A stretch of 64,000 bases of DNA from Eubacteriales bacterium (GTDB lineage: Bacteria; Bacillota; Clostridia; Oscillospirales; CAG-272): positions 488-64,487 of the forward strand of contig JAZQKI010000001.1 in NCBI GenBank assembly GCA_045542075.1, written 5' to 3'. The number at the start of each line of letters is the position of its first letter. Position 1 is the stretch's first letter. Under the pieces are notes generated by a model. It searched no databases, was not told the origin of the DNA, and saw only the letters and a program-made list of their open reading frames with translations. Shown here piece after piece: positions 1 through 10,300 of this stretch. The position numbers were made by a program, and so were the translations under genes.

Positions 1-574
1 GCTTGATGTTGAATACGAAGTAGGTATTGATGAGGCGGCGTTCTACGGACCTAAGCTTGACATTCAGTACAAGAACGTATTTGGCAAGGAAGATACCATA
101 GTTACTATTCAGATAGATATGCTTTTGGCAGAGAAGTTCGGAATGGAATACGTAGATTCCGATAACACGATGAAGCATCCTTATATCATCCACCGCACGT
201 CGCTTGGCTGCTATGAGCGTACACTTGCGTACCTTATCGAAAGATATGCAGGCGCGCTTCCTACGTGGATGGCTCCCGTTCAGGTCAAGATGCTTCCTAT
301 TGGTGACGAGCAGGTCGCTTACTGTGACGAGATCGCAAGAAAGCTTACTAATCTCGGCGTAAGAGTTGAGGTTGACCGTCGAAACGAGACTATCGGCTAC
401 AAGCTCCGTAACGCTCAGCTTGAAAAGGTGCCCTACATGTTGGTTGTGGGCGCAAAGGAGGTCGAGGCAAACACCGTTGCCGTCCGCTCGCGCAAGGAAG
501 GTGAGAAGGGCGCAATGTCTGTCGACGCATTCATCTGCGAGCTTATGTGTGAGATCTCTGAAAAGAGAAGATAA
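1..574 (+). CDS. thrS: threonine--tRNA ligase, C-terminal portion (5' end is upstream of the window)
   Basis: Frame 2 is open from the window edge to the stop at 572-574. The translation LDVEYEVGIDEAAFYGPKLDIQ...IIHRTSLGCYERTLAYLIERYAGALPTWMAPVQVKMLPI matches the end of the class II ThrRS core plus the anticodon-binding domain. A hairpin terminator follows. Confidence 0.92.
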   Translation, partial: LDVEYEVGIDEAAFYGPKLDIQYKNVFGKEDTIVTIQIDMLLAEKFGMEYVDSDNTMKHPYIIHRTSLGCYERTLAYLIERYAGALPTWMAPVQVKMLPIGDEQVAYCDEIARKLTNLGVRVEVDRRNETIGYKLRNAQLEKVPYMLVVGAKEVEANTVAVRSRKEGEKGAMSVDAFICELMCEISEKRR

Positions 575-589
575 TTTCCCGAAATTTGA

Positions 590-629
590 CTCCGCGGCAA
601 AAAAAACAAATATTTTGCCGCGGAGTTTA
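590..629 (+). terminator. rho-independent terminator after thrS
   Basis: An 11-bp perfect stem, ctccgcggcaa (590-600) / ttgccgcggag (615-625), is followed by TTTA. Confidence 0.8.
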
Positions 630-649
630 CAAATGTTTACAAAATATTG

Positions 650-678
650 TTTACTAATATTATAAATAGTAGTATAAT
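650..678 (+). promoter_or_regulatory. putative sigma-A promoter of pyrH
   Basis: TTTACT (650-655), a 17-nt spacer, then TATAAT (673-678), about 35 nt upstream of the pyrH ATG. Confidence 0.5.
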
Positions 679-713
679 ATTCTAAAGAGTATATTTTTAA
701 GGAGTTTTCAGCT

Positions 714-1430
714 ATGGGATGTCCTGTTTACAAGAGGGTTCTGATAAAAATTTCGGGCGAGGCGCTCGCACATGACAATAAAAAGGGCGAGCTTTATGAC
801 TTTGGCTTTATGGACAAGGTTGCGTCTGTGATAAAAAAATGTGTTGACGAGGGCGTGCAGGTCGCACTGATCGTCGGCGCGGGCAATATTTGGCGAGGCG
901 CAAAGGGAACGGCAATATCAAGATGCCGCGGTGACCACATGGGAATGCTGGCAACAGTGATAAATGCGTTGGCGCTTCAGGATACGTTCCTCCGTGCAGG
1001 AATGGACGCGAGAGTGCTTTCCTCTGTAGAGATGAACACATTTGCGGATTTCTATACGCAGAGAGACGCAAACGACCTTCTGAACTCAGGAAAGGTGGTA
1101 ATTCTTGCAGGCGGCTCGGGAGTACCGTTCTTCTCAACAGATACACCCGCGGTAGTTCGCGCTGCAGAGATAGGAGCGGACGCGGTGCTTATGGCGAAGA
1201 ACGTTGACGGTGTCTATACCGCCGACCCCAAGACAGACCCAACCGCAAAAAAGATAGAGGATATAACTTATTCCGAAATTCTGGAGAAAAATCTCCGCGC
1301 GTTTGATATGACCGCCGTTTCGTTCTGTAACGACAACGACATTACTTCATTCGCATTTGCTCTCTCAGATCCCGATAATATTTATGACATTATTATGGGT
1401 AAATCGACAGGAACAAAAATGCATAAATGA
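714..1430 (+). CDS. pyrH: UMP kinase
   Basis: 238 aa. YKRVLIKISGEAL...VALIVGAGNIWRG...ILAGGSGVPFFSTDTPAVVRAAEIGADAVLMAKNVDGVYTADP is the amino-acid-kinase fold typical of PyrH. RBS is AAGGAG. The gene sits in the canonical pyrH-frr context. Confidence 0.95.
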   Translation: MGCPVYKRVLIKISGEALAHDNKKGELYDFGFMDKVASVIKKCVDEGVQVALIVGAGNIWRGAKGTAISRCRGDHMGMLATVINALALQDTFLRAGMDARVLSSVEMNTFADFYTQRDANDLLNSGKVVILAGGSGVPFFSTDTPAVVRAAEIGADAVLMAKNVDGVYTADPKTDPTAKKIEDITYSEILEKNLRAFDMTAVSFCNDNDITSFAFALSDPDNIYDIIMGKSTGTKMHK

Positions 1431-1472
1431 TCCGCAGATCATCATAATCATATAAAAAGAAAGGGAATTATT

Positions 1473-2027
1473 ATGGGATACAACACTAAAGAAATCGAAA
1501 CAAAAATGCAGAAATCTATTGCTTCATACGAGGAAAATCTTGCTTCCATACGCGCAAGCCAGGCAAATCCCGCAGTACTTAACCGCGTGACCTTTGACTA
1601 TTGGGGCTCTCCTACAGAGATCACGTCTATGGCAGGTATATCCGTGGCAGACGCAAAGACTCTTGTTATCACACCCTACGACGCAAGCACACTTAAGGCT
1701 ATGGAAAAGGCGATACTTATGTCGGATATCGGCATCACTCCCTCCAACGACGGTAAGGTGATCCGCCTCGTATTCCCTCAGCTTACAGAGGAGCGCCGTC
1801 GCGAGCTTGCAAAACAGGTTCAGAAGATGGGCGAGGAGGCAAAGGTTGCAGTCAGAAACCTTCGCAGAACCGCAAATGACGAGATCAAAAAGCAGAAAAA
1901 GGACAATCTTCTCACCGAGGACGACGTAAAGAATGCTGAAAAGGCAGTTCAGGATCTTACCGACAAGTACATCAAGAATATTGATACGCTTACCGCGAAG
2001 AAGGAAAAAGATATTCTTACGGTTTAA
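1473..2027 (+). CDS. frr: ribosome recycling factor
   Basis: 184 aa. ...ASIRASQANPAVLNRVTFDYWGSPTEI...VIRLVFPQLTEERRRELAKQV... is an RRF signature. It lies directly downstream of pyrH. Confidence 0.95.
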   Translation: MGYNTKEIETKMQKSIASYEENLASIRASQANPAVLNRVTFDYWGSPTEITSMAGISVADAKTLVITPYDASTLKAMEKAILMSDIGITPSNDGKVIRLVFPQLTEERRRELAKQVQKMGEEAKVAVRNLRRTANDEIKKQKKDNLLTEDDVKNAEKAVQDLTDKYIKNIDTLTAKKEKDILTV

Positions 2028-2069
2028 TCAAAATGTTTGGCACAGCACAAACATACCGACTAAATTGAC

Positions 2070-2100
2070 AGCGGGAGTTAAAACACTCCCGCTTTAAGTT
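2070..2100 (+). terminator. rho-independent terminator after frr
   Basis: Stem agcgggagt / actcccgct with a 6-nt loop, followed by a T-rich tail. Confidence 0.7.
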
Positions 2101-2123
2101 TGATTTATGGGAGTTTATGAACT

Positions 2124-2852
2124 ATGGCAAAAATCAGCGATGAAACAAATCAGCTAAGACAAGCTGTGCTTGAGAGCGGGCTGAAGCACTTGGCGTTTAT
2201 AATGGACGGAAACGGACGTTGGGCGCAAAAGCGCGGAATGCCGCGAGAGTACGGTCACAGACAGGGTACAGAGACGTTTAAGAGAGTTATATCTCACTGT
2301 TACGATCTCGGCCTTGAGTGTGTGACGGTGTATGCCTTTTCCACGGAGAATTGGAAAAGACCTCAAAAAGAGGTGGACTCAATAATGAAGCTTCTTGAGA
2401 CGTATCTCGACGGAAATTATCCTGATGAGGCATCTGTAAGGTTCATAGGTGACAGAACACCCCTGAGCGACAGACTTAAGAGAAAAATGGAAAAGGCGGA
2501 AAAAGAGACGAAGGGCAGACCCTTCAGAGTCAACGTGGCACTGAATTACGGCTCAAGAGCGGAGATAACAAATGCCTTTAATCAATTGGCTTTGGAAGGG
2601 AAAACCCAAATTACCGAGGATGATATAACGTCGCATCTCTATACAAACGGATCTCCCGAGCTTGACCTTGTAGTCAGAACAGGGGGAGATTTGCGAATAT
2701 CTAACTTTCTGCTATGGCAGGCAGCGTATGCGGAGTTTTATTTTACCGATACACTTTGGCCCGATCTTTCGGACGATGACGTGAATGACGCAGTAAGATC
2801 ATTCTGTTCGAGAAAAAGAAGATTTGGCGGGCTTGACGGCGACGCCAAATAA
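2124..2852 (+). CDS. uppS: undecaprenyl (isoprenyl) diphosphate synthase
   Basis: 242 aa. HLAFIMDGNGRWA...GHRQG...VTVYAFSTENWKRP...RTGGDLRISNFLLWQAAYAEFYF are the cis-prenyltransferase motifs. Confidence 0.95.
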   Translation: MAKISDETNQLRQAVLESGLKHLAFIMDGNGRWAQKRGMPREYGHRQGTETFKRVISHCYDLGLECVTVYAFSTENWKRPQKEVDSIMKLLETYLDGNYPDEASVRFIGDRTPLSDRLKRKMEKAEKETKGRPFRVNVALNYGSRAEITNAFNQLALEGKTQITEDDITSHLYTNGSPELDLVVRTGGDLRISNFLLWQAAYAEFYFTDTLWPDLSDDDVNDAVRSFCSRKRRFGGLDGDAK

Positions 2853-2885
2853 TTAAGCTTTTAATTTCTTTCACGGAGTAGAATT

Positions 2886-3722
2886 ATGTTAAAAAGAATT
2901 ATTACCTCAATACTCGCGCTTTGTGTTTTCGTGCCCGCAATTATTTTTTCGGACACAATGCTTTTTGCATCATTGGTTGCTGTATGCGCTTTCCTTGGCT
3001 GCTATGAGATGCTCTCGTGCACGGGATTTAAGAATAATATCTGGCTTACACTCCCCATATATGTGGCAGCTCTTGTCTTGCCCATTGCAAAGAGACTTAT
3101 TATGCCTGAGACGTTTACAACTCTGGCGCTTTGCCTTGCGGGTGTAATAATCGTATATATGCTTGGAGTTTCGGTATTCCAGCACAAAAAGGTGTCCGTT
3201 ACCGATCTCGGTTTAGCCTTTGCGGGATGCTTTTATATCATATTTGCGTTTATAGGCATTATGTATCTCCACGATAATATAGAATATGGCAAATACATAT
3301 ATCTGCTTGTGTTTATCTGCGCGTGGATCACGGACATATTTGCATACTTTACAGGATGGCTCTTCGGCAAGCATAAGCTTATACCCGAGGTAAGCCCAAA
3401 AAAGACGATTGAGGGTGCTATTGGCGGAACAGTGTTCTGCATTGCGGCAACCATAGTGTTCGGAGTTGTGATCGTAAAGCTCTTCAATCCCAGCGGAACT
3501 ATTGAGGCAAACTATCTTTTGCTTGGAATAAGCGGATTGCTTTTGTCCGTTGTATCCCAGCTTGGAGACCTTGTTATGTCGCTTATCAAGCGTCATTACG
3601 GTATTAAGGACTACGGCAAAATATTCCCGGGACACGGAGGAATACTTGACAGATTTGACTCAGTTATGGCAGTGTGCGTAGTGCTTACCTTCATTTGTAC
3701 GTATTTTAATCTTTTAGTATAA
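2886..3722 (+). CDS. cdsA: phosphatidate cytidylyltransferase
   Basis: 278 aa and polytopic. The C-terminal motif SLIKRHYGIKDYGKIFPGHGGILDRFDS is the CDP-diglyceride synthase signature. Confidence 0.9.
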   Translation: MLKRIITSILALCVFVPAIIFSDTMLFASLVAVCAFLGCYEMLSCTGFKNNIWLTLPIYVAALVLPIAKRLIMPETFTTLALCLAGVIIVYMLGVSVFQHKKVSVTDLGLAFAGCFYIIFAFIGIMYLHDNIEYGKYIYLLVFICAWITDIFAYFTGWLFGKHKLIPEVSPKKTIEGAIGGTVFCIAATIVFGVVIVKLFNPSGTIEANYLLLGISGLLLSVVSQLGDLVMSLIKRHYGIKDYGKIFPGHGGILDRFDSVMAVCVVLTFICTYFNLLV

Positions 3723-3747
3723 ATTTACACAGAAAGGACTGAGGCTT

Positions 3748-4926
3748 TTGCAAAATTATAAATATCCCGATATGATAGTGCTTGGCTCAACGGGCTCTGT
3801 CGGTGAGCAGGCTATAGACGTAGCGCAAAAGCTCGGTGTGAGTGTAAATGCTATATCTGCTCATAAAAATTCAAAAAGAGTTGAGGAGCAAGCAAGAAAA
3901 TTCGGCGTTTTCGCGTGCGCTATGAGTGACGAGATTGCGGCTGCGGATCTGAAGGTCAGACTTGCCGACACCAAAATTAAGGTGTACGCAGGCACAGAGG
4001 GTATCTGTGAAATGATAAACGCTACCGAAACCGACAATGAGGCGGGGCAGATAGTAGAAAACTCCATAGTGGGCGAGGCGGGGCTTTTACCGACCCTGGC
4101 AACACTAAAGGCAGGAAAAAAGCTTGCCCTGGCAAACAAGGAGTCTCTTGTTGCGGGCGGTGAGATAGTAATGCCCTTGGCAAAGGCATCGGGACAGGAT
4201 ATTTTGCCTGTGGACAGTGAGCATTGCGCAATATTTCAGTGCTTGCGCTCGGGAAAGCCGAGAGAGATAAAAAAAATAATTCTCACCGCGTCAGGCGGTC
4301 CGTTCTTTGGATATAACAGGGAGCAGCTTTCATCAATTACGGTAGAGCGCGCGTTGGCTCATCCTACGTGGAAAATGGGCGCAAAAATAACTGTTGACAG
4401 CTCAACTCTTATGAACAAGGGATTTGAGGTTATTGAAGCGGTGCATTTGTTTGGAGTAATGCCCGATCAGATTCAGGTCACGGTACATCGGGAAAGCATA
4501 ATTCATTCGGCAGTGGAGTATATTGATAACAGTATTATTGCGCAGCTTTCTCTGCCCGATATGAGGCATTGCGTACAGTACGCCTTGACTCATCCCAACA
4601 GACTCGAAGGTCCTACTGACGAGCTTGACTTGTTCAAGGTAGGAAGACTTACGTTTGATAAGCCCGATATGGAGACATTTCCGCTTTTGCGCATAGCCTT
4701 TGACTCTATAAGGCTTGGCGGAGGCGTGCCCGCCGCGCTCAACGCGGCAAACGAGGAGGCCGTAGCGGCATTCCTTGAGAAAAAAATATCCTATCCCCAA
4801 ATATCCGAGGTGGTCGAGCATACTGTTGAGAATATGCGATATGCTAAGGATATTCACGATCTTGAGGGGATCATGTCTGCTTCTGCTGAAGCGAGACGCA
4901 TAGCTAACTCTAAAATCTATAACTGA
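3748..4926 (+). CDS. dxr: 1-deoxy-D-xylulose-5-phosphate reductoisomerase
   Basis: LGSTGSVGEQA...LANKESLV...PVDSEHCAIFQCL...LTASGGPF...HPTWKMGAKITVDSSTLMNKGFEVIEA. The start is ambiguous. It could be TTG 3748 (AAAGGA 9 nt upstream) or ATG 3772, which would give MIVLGSTGS. Confidence 0.93.
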   Translation: MQNYKYPDMIVLGSTGSVGEQAIDVAQKLGVSVNAISAHKNSKRVEEQARKFGVFACAMSDEIAAADLKVRLADTKIKVYAGTEGICEMINATETDNEAGQIVENSIVGEAGLLPTLATLKAGKKLALANKESLVAGGEIVMPLAKASGQDILPVDSEHCAIFQCLRSGKPREIKKIILTASGGPFFGYNREQLSSITVERALAHPTWKMGAKITVDSSTLMNKGFEVIEAVHLFGVMPDQIQVTVHRESIIHSAVEYIDNSIIAQLSLPDMRHCVQYALTHPNRLEGPTDELDLFKVGRLTFDKPDMETFPLLRIAFDSIRLGGGVPAALNAANEEAVAAFLEKKISYPQISEVVEHTVENMRYAKDIHDLEGIMSASAEARRIANSKIYN

Positions 4927-4949
4927 TAATCATAGGTGGTATAAATTCA

Positions 4950-6143
4950 ATGCCTTTTGTTTACCTCTTACTCACTCTGCTATTGCTTAGCGTAATGGTA
5001 GTGATTCACGAGCTGGGACATTTTCTGTTCGCAAAGCTTTTTGGCGTTACTATTCTTGAGTTTTCCGTGGGAATGGGACCCGCTATATATACAACTAAAA
5101 AGAAAAATAAAAAGAATAATGATGATTCTCCCTTCGAGCTTTCACCGACCTTCACAAGAGATGGAAAGGCTCCCGAGATCGACGCGGAGCCAATTTCAGA
5201 CGAGCCGACTCCCGAGAATTACGAGGACGCTGAGAGTACGGAGAAGACGGAAGATCAAAAGACTGTATTCAGCATAAGAGCTCTTCCAATAGGCGGATAC
5301 GTCAGTATGGCGGGCGAGGATAAGGCGTCCGAGGACAAAAATGCGTTTTGCAACAAAAAGGTCTGGCAGAGACTTGTTATAACCCTTGCAGGTCCCGCGA
5401 TGAATCTCCTTTTGGGATTTCTCTGTGTTTGCATACTTGTTGGTGTTGACGGCGCAAAGAACGAGCTGCCGTCAAATATGATATCCTACAACGAGGTCAA
5501 GGAATCCATTTCCGACAAATGCGAAAACCCTCTTATGAGCGGAGACAAAATTATCAAGGTCAATAATGTGTACGTCCACACTGGCAACGAGCTTGACTAT
5601 GAGATAACCAATCAGGGCTATGAGCCGCTTGATCTTACGGTTATACGTAACGGAGAGCAGATAGTCCTTGAGGACGTGACGTTTCCCGTATTTGAGACAC
5701 AGGGTGTTAAGATGGGTAGCATGGACTTTAAGGTCTACCGCGACGAGGTGACCTTTGGTAATATCGTAAAGCATGCGTTTTTCCGTTCGGTCAGTATGGT
5801 CAAGATGATAGTTGACAGCATTGTTGATCTGATTGGCGGAAGATACGGAGTTGACGCACTATCGGGTCCTGTTGGTGTCTCCGAGGTAGTCGGTCAGGCA
5901 ACAAAGAACGGATTTTATCCCGTGCTGTATCTGTTCAGCTTTATTACCATAAATCTTGGAGTATTCAATCTTATACCTTTTCCCGCGCTTGACGGAGGAA
6001 GAGTATTATTCCTCGCCTATGAGGGAATTTTCAGAAAGCCTGTTAAAAAAGAAGTTGAACAGGCAATCAATACCGTCGGTCTTATGCTGCTTATGGGACT
6101 TGCGGTATTCGTAATGATAAAGGATATATTTACACTATTTTAG
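4950..6143 (+). CDS. rseP: RIP site-2 metalloprotease (RseP/RasP family)
   Basis: 397 aa. HELGHF in TM1, LPIGGYVSMAGED, a PDZ-like middle region, and C-terminal NLIPFPALDGGR. It holds the canonical position between dxr and ispG. An acidic insertion of about 55 aa follows TM2. Confidence 0.9.
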   Translation: MPFVYLLLTLLLLSVMVVIHELGHFLFAKLFGVTILEFSVGMGPAIYTTKKKNKKNNDDSPFELSPTFTRDGKAPEIDAEPISDEPTPENYEDAESTEKTEDQKTVFSIRALPIGGYVSMAGEDKASEDKNAFCNKKVWQRLVITLAGPAMNLLLGFLCVCILVGVDGAKNELPSNMISYNEVKESISDKCENPLMSGDKIIKVNNVYVHTGNELDYEITNQGYEPLDLTVIRNGEQIVLEDVTFPVFETQGVKMGSMDFKVYRDEVTFGNIVKHAFFRSVSMVKMIVDSIVDLIGGRYGVDALSGPVGVSEVVGQATKNGFYPVLYLFSFITINLGVFNLIPFPALDGGRVLFLAYEGIFRKPVKKEVEQAINTVGLMLLMGLAVFVMIKDIFTLF

Positions 6144-6224
6144 TTTTAAGCGTAAGGCGTGAAATTTTCATGTGAGTTTCACGCCTACACGTGTCAAAAA
6201 GGAAGAAAAAAAGGAGGGAAGCTT

Positions 6225-7313
6225 ATGAATTATAACAGCATCAGACGAAAGACCCGTGAGGTCAGAATCGGTAAAATAGCCATTGGAGGCAATAACAAAG
6301 TTGCCATTCAGTCTATGACAAATACCGATACCAAGGATGCAAAGGCGACCCTGGATCAGATAAAGGAGCTTGCCTGTGCGGGCTGTGATATAGTAAGAAT
6401 TACCGTGCCAGATGAAGAGGCGGCAGAGACCGTCCGATATATAAAGGAGAGCGGTATTGATACGCCAATAGTCGCGGATATTCATTTTGATTACAGGGCG
6501 GCTCTAAAATCTGCGGAGTACGGTGTTGATAAGATAAGAATAAATCCGGGTAATATCGGAGACGACAGCAGGGTGTTTGAGGTAGCAAGAATTTGCCGCG
6601 AGAAAAACATTCCCATAAGAATAGGTGTCAACAGTGGCTCTGTTGAAAAGCATATACTGGCAAAGCACGGCGGTCCCACACCCGAGGCTCTCTGCGAGAG
6701 CGCGTTTTATCACACGTCACTGCTTGAAAAATATGATTTTTATAATACTGTCATTTCAATAAAGGCATCGGGTGTTTCGGAAATGATAGCGGCTAACAGA
6801 CTTGTAGCCGAGAGATGCGACTATCCCATACACCTTGGTGTGACCGAAGCGGGAAGCGAGAGAATGGGCATTATCAAGAGCGCAGCAGGTATTGGATCGC
6901 TCTTGTGTGACGGTATAGGAGACACTTTCCGTGTATCTCTCACTGCGGACCCTGTGCGTGAGATTTCTGCCGCAAGAGATATACTCAGCGCGTTGAATGT
7001 TGAGGGCCAGTGCGGTATGAATATTGTAAGCTGCCCCACCTGTGGACGTACAAAAATTGACCTTATAACGCTTTCAAAGCGTTTTGAGGATGCCGCAAGG
7101 TCCGAAGGAATTCTTGACTATCCTATCAAGGTAGCTCTTATGGGGTGCATTGTCAATGGACCCGGAGAGGCAAGAGAAGCGGATATAGGAATAGCGGGCG
7201 GTGTCGGAGAGGCACTCCTTATCTCTCACGGAGAGATTATTGGAAAGATAAAAGAAGAAGATATTATAAGCACGCTTATTGAAAAGATAAAGGAAATAAA
7301 AGAAAGAGCTTAA
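6225..7313 (+). CDS. ispG: 4-hydroxy-3-methylbut-2-enyl diphosphate synthase
   Basis: The ORF track begins at GTG 6159, but ATG 6225 is preceded by AAGGAGGGAAG. Motifs include RRKTREVRIGKIAIGGNNKVAIQSMTNT...INPGNIG...SCPTCGRT...GCIVNGPGEA. Confidence 0.94.
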   Translation: MNYNSIRRKTREVRIGKIAIGGNNKVAIQSMTNTDTKDAKATLDQIKELACAGCDIVRITVPDEEAAETVRYIKESGIDTPIVADIHFDYRAALKSAEYGVDKIRINPGNIGDDSRVFEVARICREKNIPIRIGVNSGSVEKHILAKHGGPTPEALCESAFYHTSLLEKYDFYNTVISIKASGVSEMIAANRLVAERCDYPIHLGVTEAGSERMGIIKSAAGIGSLLCDGIGDTFRVSLTADPVREISAARDILSALNVEGQCGMNIVSCPTCGRTKIDLITLSKRFEDAARSEGILDYPIKVALMGCIVNGPGEAREADIGIAGGVGEALLISHGEIIGKIKEEDIISTLIEKIKEIKERA

Positions 7314-7314
7314 G

Positions 7315-10300
7315 ATGAGTAAGACTTTTTTAGAAATTTTTTATAAATACAAGCCCGACGGCGACAAGCGAGATATACTTGATACCGCAACGGACATAAA
7401 GGTGCAGGCGGACAAGGAAAACAGACTGCTTCAAGCACACGTCAGCTTCCCGCGTATAGTTAAAAAGGACGAGCTGTACCAAATAGAAAGGGAAATAGAA
7501 AAAGCATACGAGCTTAACAGAGTAACGCTGTTTGTGCATTATCCGTCTGAGCTTTTTGGGGAAAATTATATTCCCGAGCTATTGCGCGAAACTGAAACAA
7601 TAGGAATAGTGGCAAAGGGCTTTTTCTCAAAATACAGATTTAATCTTGAAAATTCTACGCTCACTATCGAGATACCTTTCTCGGTGGACGGTGTTTCGTT
7701 ATTGCTTGATGCGAGAACACCCGAAATTATGCAGGGAATAATCCGATCGGAATTTGGCTTGAATATCAAGGTAAATATCATCCATTCCGATGATATGAGC
7801 TTTCTTATGAGTAACAATTCTCTTGAGCAGACTATCCGTGAATTTGACGAGAAAATGAGCAAGCGAGCAATACTGAGCGAGGCAATACGGGCAGATCAGC
7901 CTACAGGACAAGCCACCCCGGCGGATCAGACCTTGCCAAGAATAGCGTCAATATTCAAGGGCGACTCCACGCCTGTAATTGAGGACGGTGTCTGTAGGAT
8001 AGGTCACGCAAAATTTGATATATCATCCCCCGAATACTTTTACGGAGACGCATTCACGCTTCAGCCCGTATCGATTGCCTCTATAACAAGACCGCAGAGA
8101 AATATTGTTGTGATCGGCACTGTCTCGGGCTTTACTAAGGAGCTTAATCGCGCGGGGGACAAGTATAATATAACCTTTGCGATATTTGACGGAAATTCCT
8201 CTATTGAGGTCAAATGCTTTTCTCTTGTGCAAGAGGATGTTGACACTGTCTGCTCAGGCATTAAGGACGGAGCGGTCGTGGCTCTATACGGATATGCGAA
8301 GCGCGAGACCCGCAAGGACAAAACGGAGGGACTTGACTTTCAGTTTTTCTTCAGTGCAGCGGCAAAAATCAAAAGGATACCGCGTACAGATAATGCGCCC
8401 GTCAAGAGAGTAGAGCTTCATCTGCATACAAATATGTCCTTCATGGACGCACTGATCCATCCGGATGATGCGGTAAAGCAAGCGAAGGCTTGGGGACACC
8501 CAGCTATAGCCATAACCGACCACGGAAACGTTCAGGGCTATCAGCAAGCAATGCTGACCAGCGAAAAGATCGGGCAGAAGGTTATTTACGGTATGGAGGC
8601 ATACTTTGTAAATAATACTGCATCTGCTATATACGGTAATTTTAACGAGTCCTTTGATGCTGAAGCCATTGTGTTCGACATTGAGACTACGGGTCTTTCG
8701 GTTCAGAACGACAGAATCACGGAAATTGGAGCGGTCAAGATAAGAAACGGTGAGATTATTGACACCTTCGATATTTTCGTCAATCCCGAAATGGAGATTT
8801 CCGCCGAGATCACCGAGCTTACGTCCATTACTAACGAAATGGTCAAGGATGCTCCGCTTTGCGATGAGGCGTTAAGACTTTTCTTTGAATTTATACATAA
8901 TACAAATCCCGCGCATAAGCCCTTGCTTATTGCGCATAACGCGACGTTTGATACGGGATTTATTCGAGCTGCCGCGCAGAGATACGGAATGGAATTCGAC
9001 TACCCATATCTCGACACTCTTGCGCTCTCAAGATTCCTTAATCCCGACCTCAAAAAGCACAAGCTTGATATAATCGCAAAGCATTATAATCTTGAAGAGT
9101 TCCATCACCACAGAGCGTGTGATGACGCGGATATTCTCGCGAAAATATACTTTAAGATGACAAAGCAGATGCGCGATAGGGATATCGCAAGCTTCACTTA
9201 TCTGTCAAAGGATATGAACGCGAATGCCGATCCACTCAAGGGTGACACCTATCACCAGATAATACTTGTAAAAAACAAGGCAGGACTGAAAAATCTTTAT
9301 AAGCTTGTTTCTTACAGTAATCTCAAATATTTCAAGAAGAGACCGCGTATTCCCAAGACTGAATTGGAAGCACATAGGGAGGGACTTATAATCGGCTCTG
9401 CATGTGAAGCGGGCGAGCTTTTTATGGCTATACTTGAAAATAAGCCCGAGTCCGAAATTGAGGAAATAGTCAATTTCTACGATTATCTTGAGATACAGCC
9501 TATCTCCAACAACCGTTTCCTTATCGCAAAGGGCAAAGCGAGAGATGAGGAGGATCTCAAAAACCTCAACCGCAGAATAGTTGAGCTTGGAGAAAAATAC
9601 AATAAGCCCGTAGTAGCTACCTGCGACGCCCACTTTATGAATCTTGAGGATGAGATATACCGTCAGATACTCCTTGCGGGTCAGAAGTATTCTGACTATG
9701 ATACAGAGAGCCAGCTTTATTTCCGCACGACAGAGGAAATGCTTGAGGAATTCTCATATCTTGGCGAGGAAAAGGCTTATGAGGTCGTAGTAACAAATAC
9801 CAATCTTATCAACGATATGATAGATACCGACATCCGTCCGTTCCCCAAGGGCACGTTCACACCCAATATGGAGGGCGCGGAGGAGGATCTTCAACGAATC
9901 TGCTACGAGAGAGCAAGGTCCATGTACGGAGATCCGCTCCCTGAAATAGTCGCGCAGAGACTTGACAAGGAGCTTACCTCTATTATAAAGAACGGCTTTG
10001 CCGTGCTTTATATGATAGCTCAAAAGCTTGTATGGTACAGCGAAAGTCAGGGATATCTTGTCGGCTCTCGAGGCTCGGTAGGCTCGTCTTTTGTAGCTTC
10101 TATGGCGGGTATTTCTGAGGTAAACCCACTTCCCGCGCATTATTGGTGCTCCGAATGTCAGTATAACGACTTTTCAAATCCCACGGGCGCAGGATCGGGC
10201 TTTGATTTGCCTGACAGACTGTGTCCCCGTTGCGGAAAAAAGCTTCATGCCGACGGACACAATATACCATTTGAGACCTTCCTTGGCTTTTACGGCGATA

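Noticed and set aside
366-665. 99-aa plus-strand ORF overlapping the thrS 3' end and running through the terminator
   Set aside because: It is an off-frame reading of thrS that continues across the terminator hairpin. It has no RBS and a low-complexity Arg/Ser-rich product.
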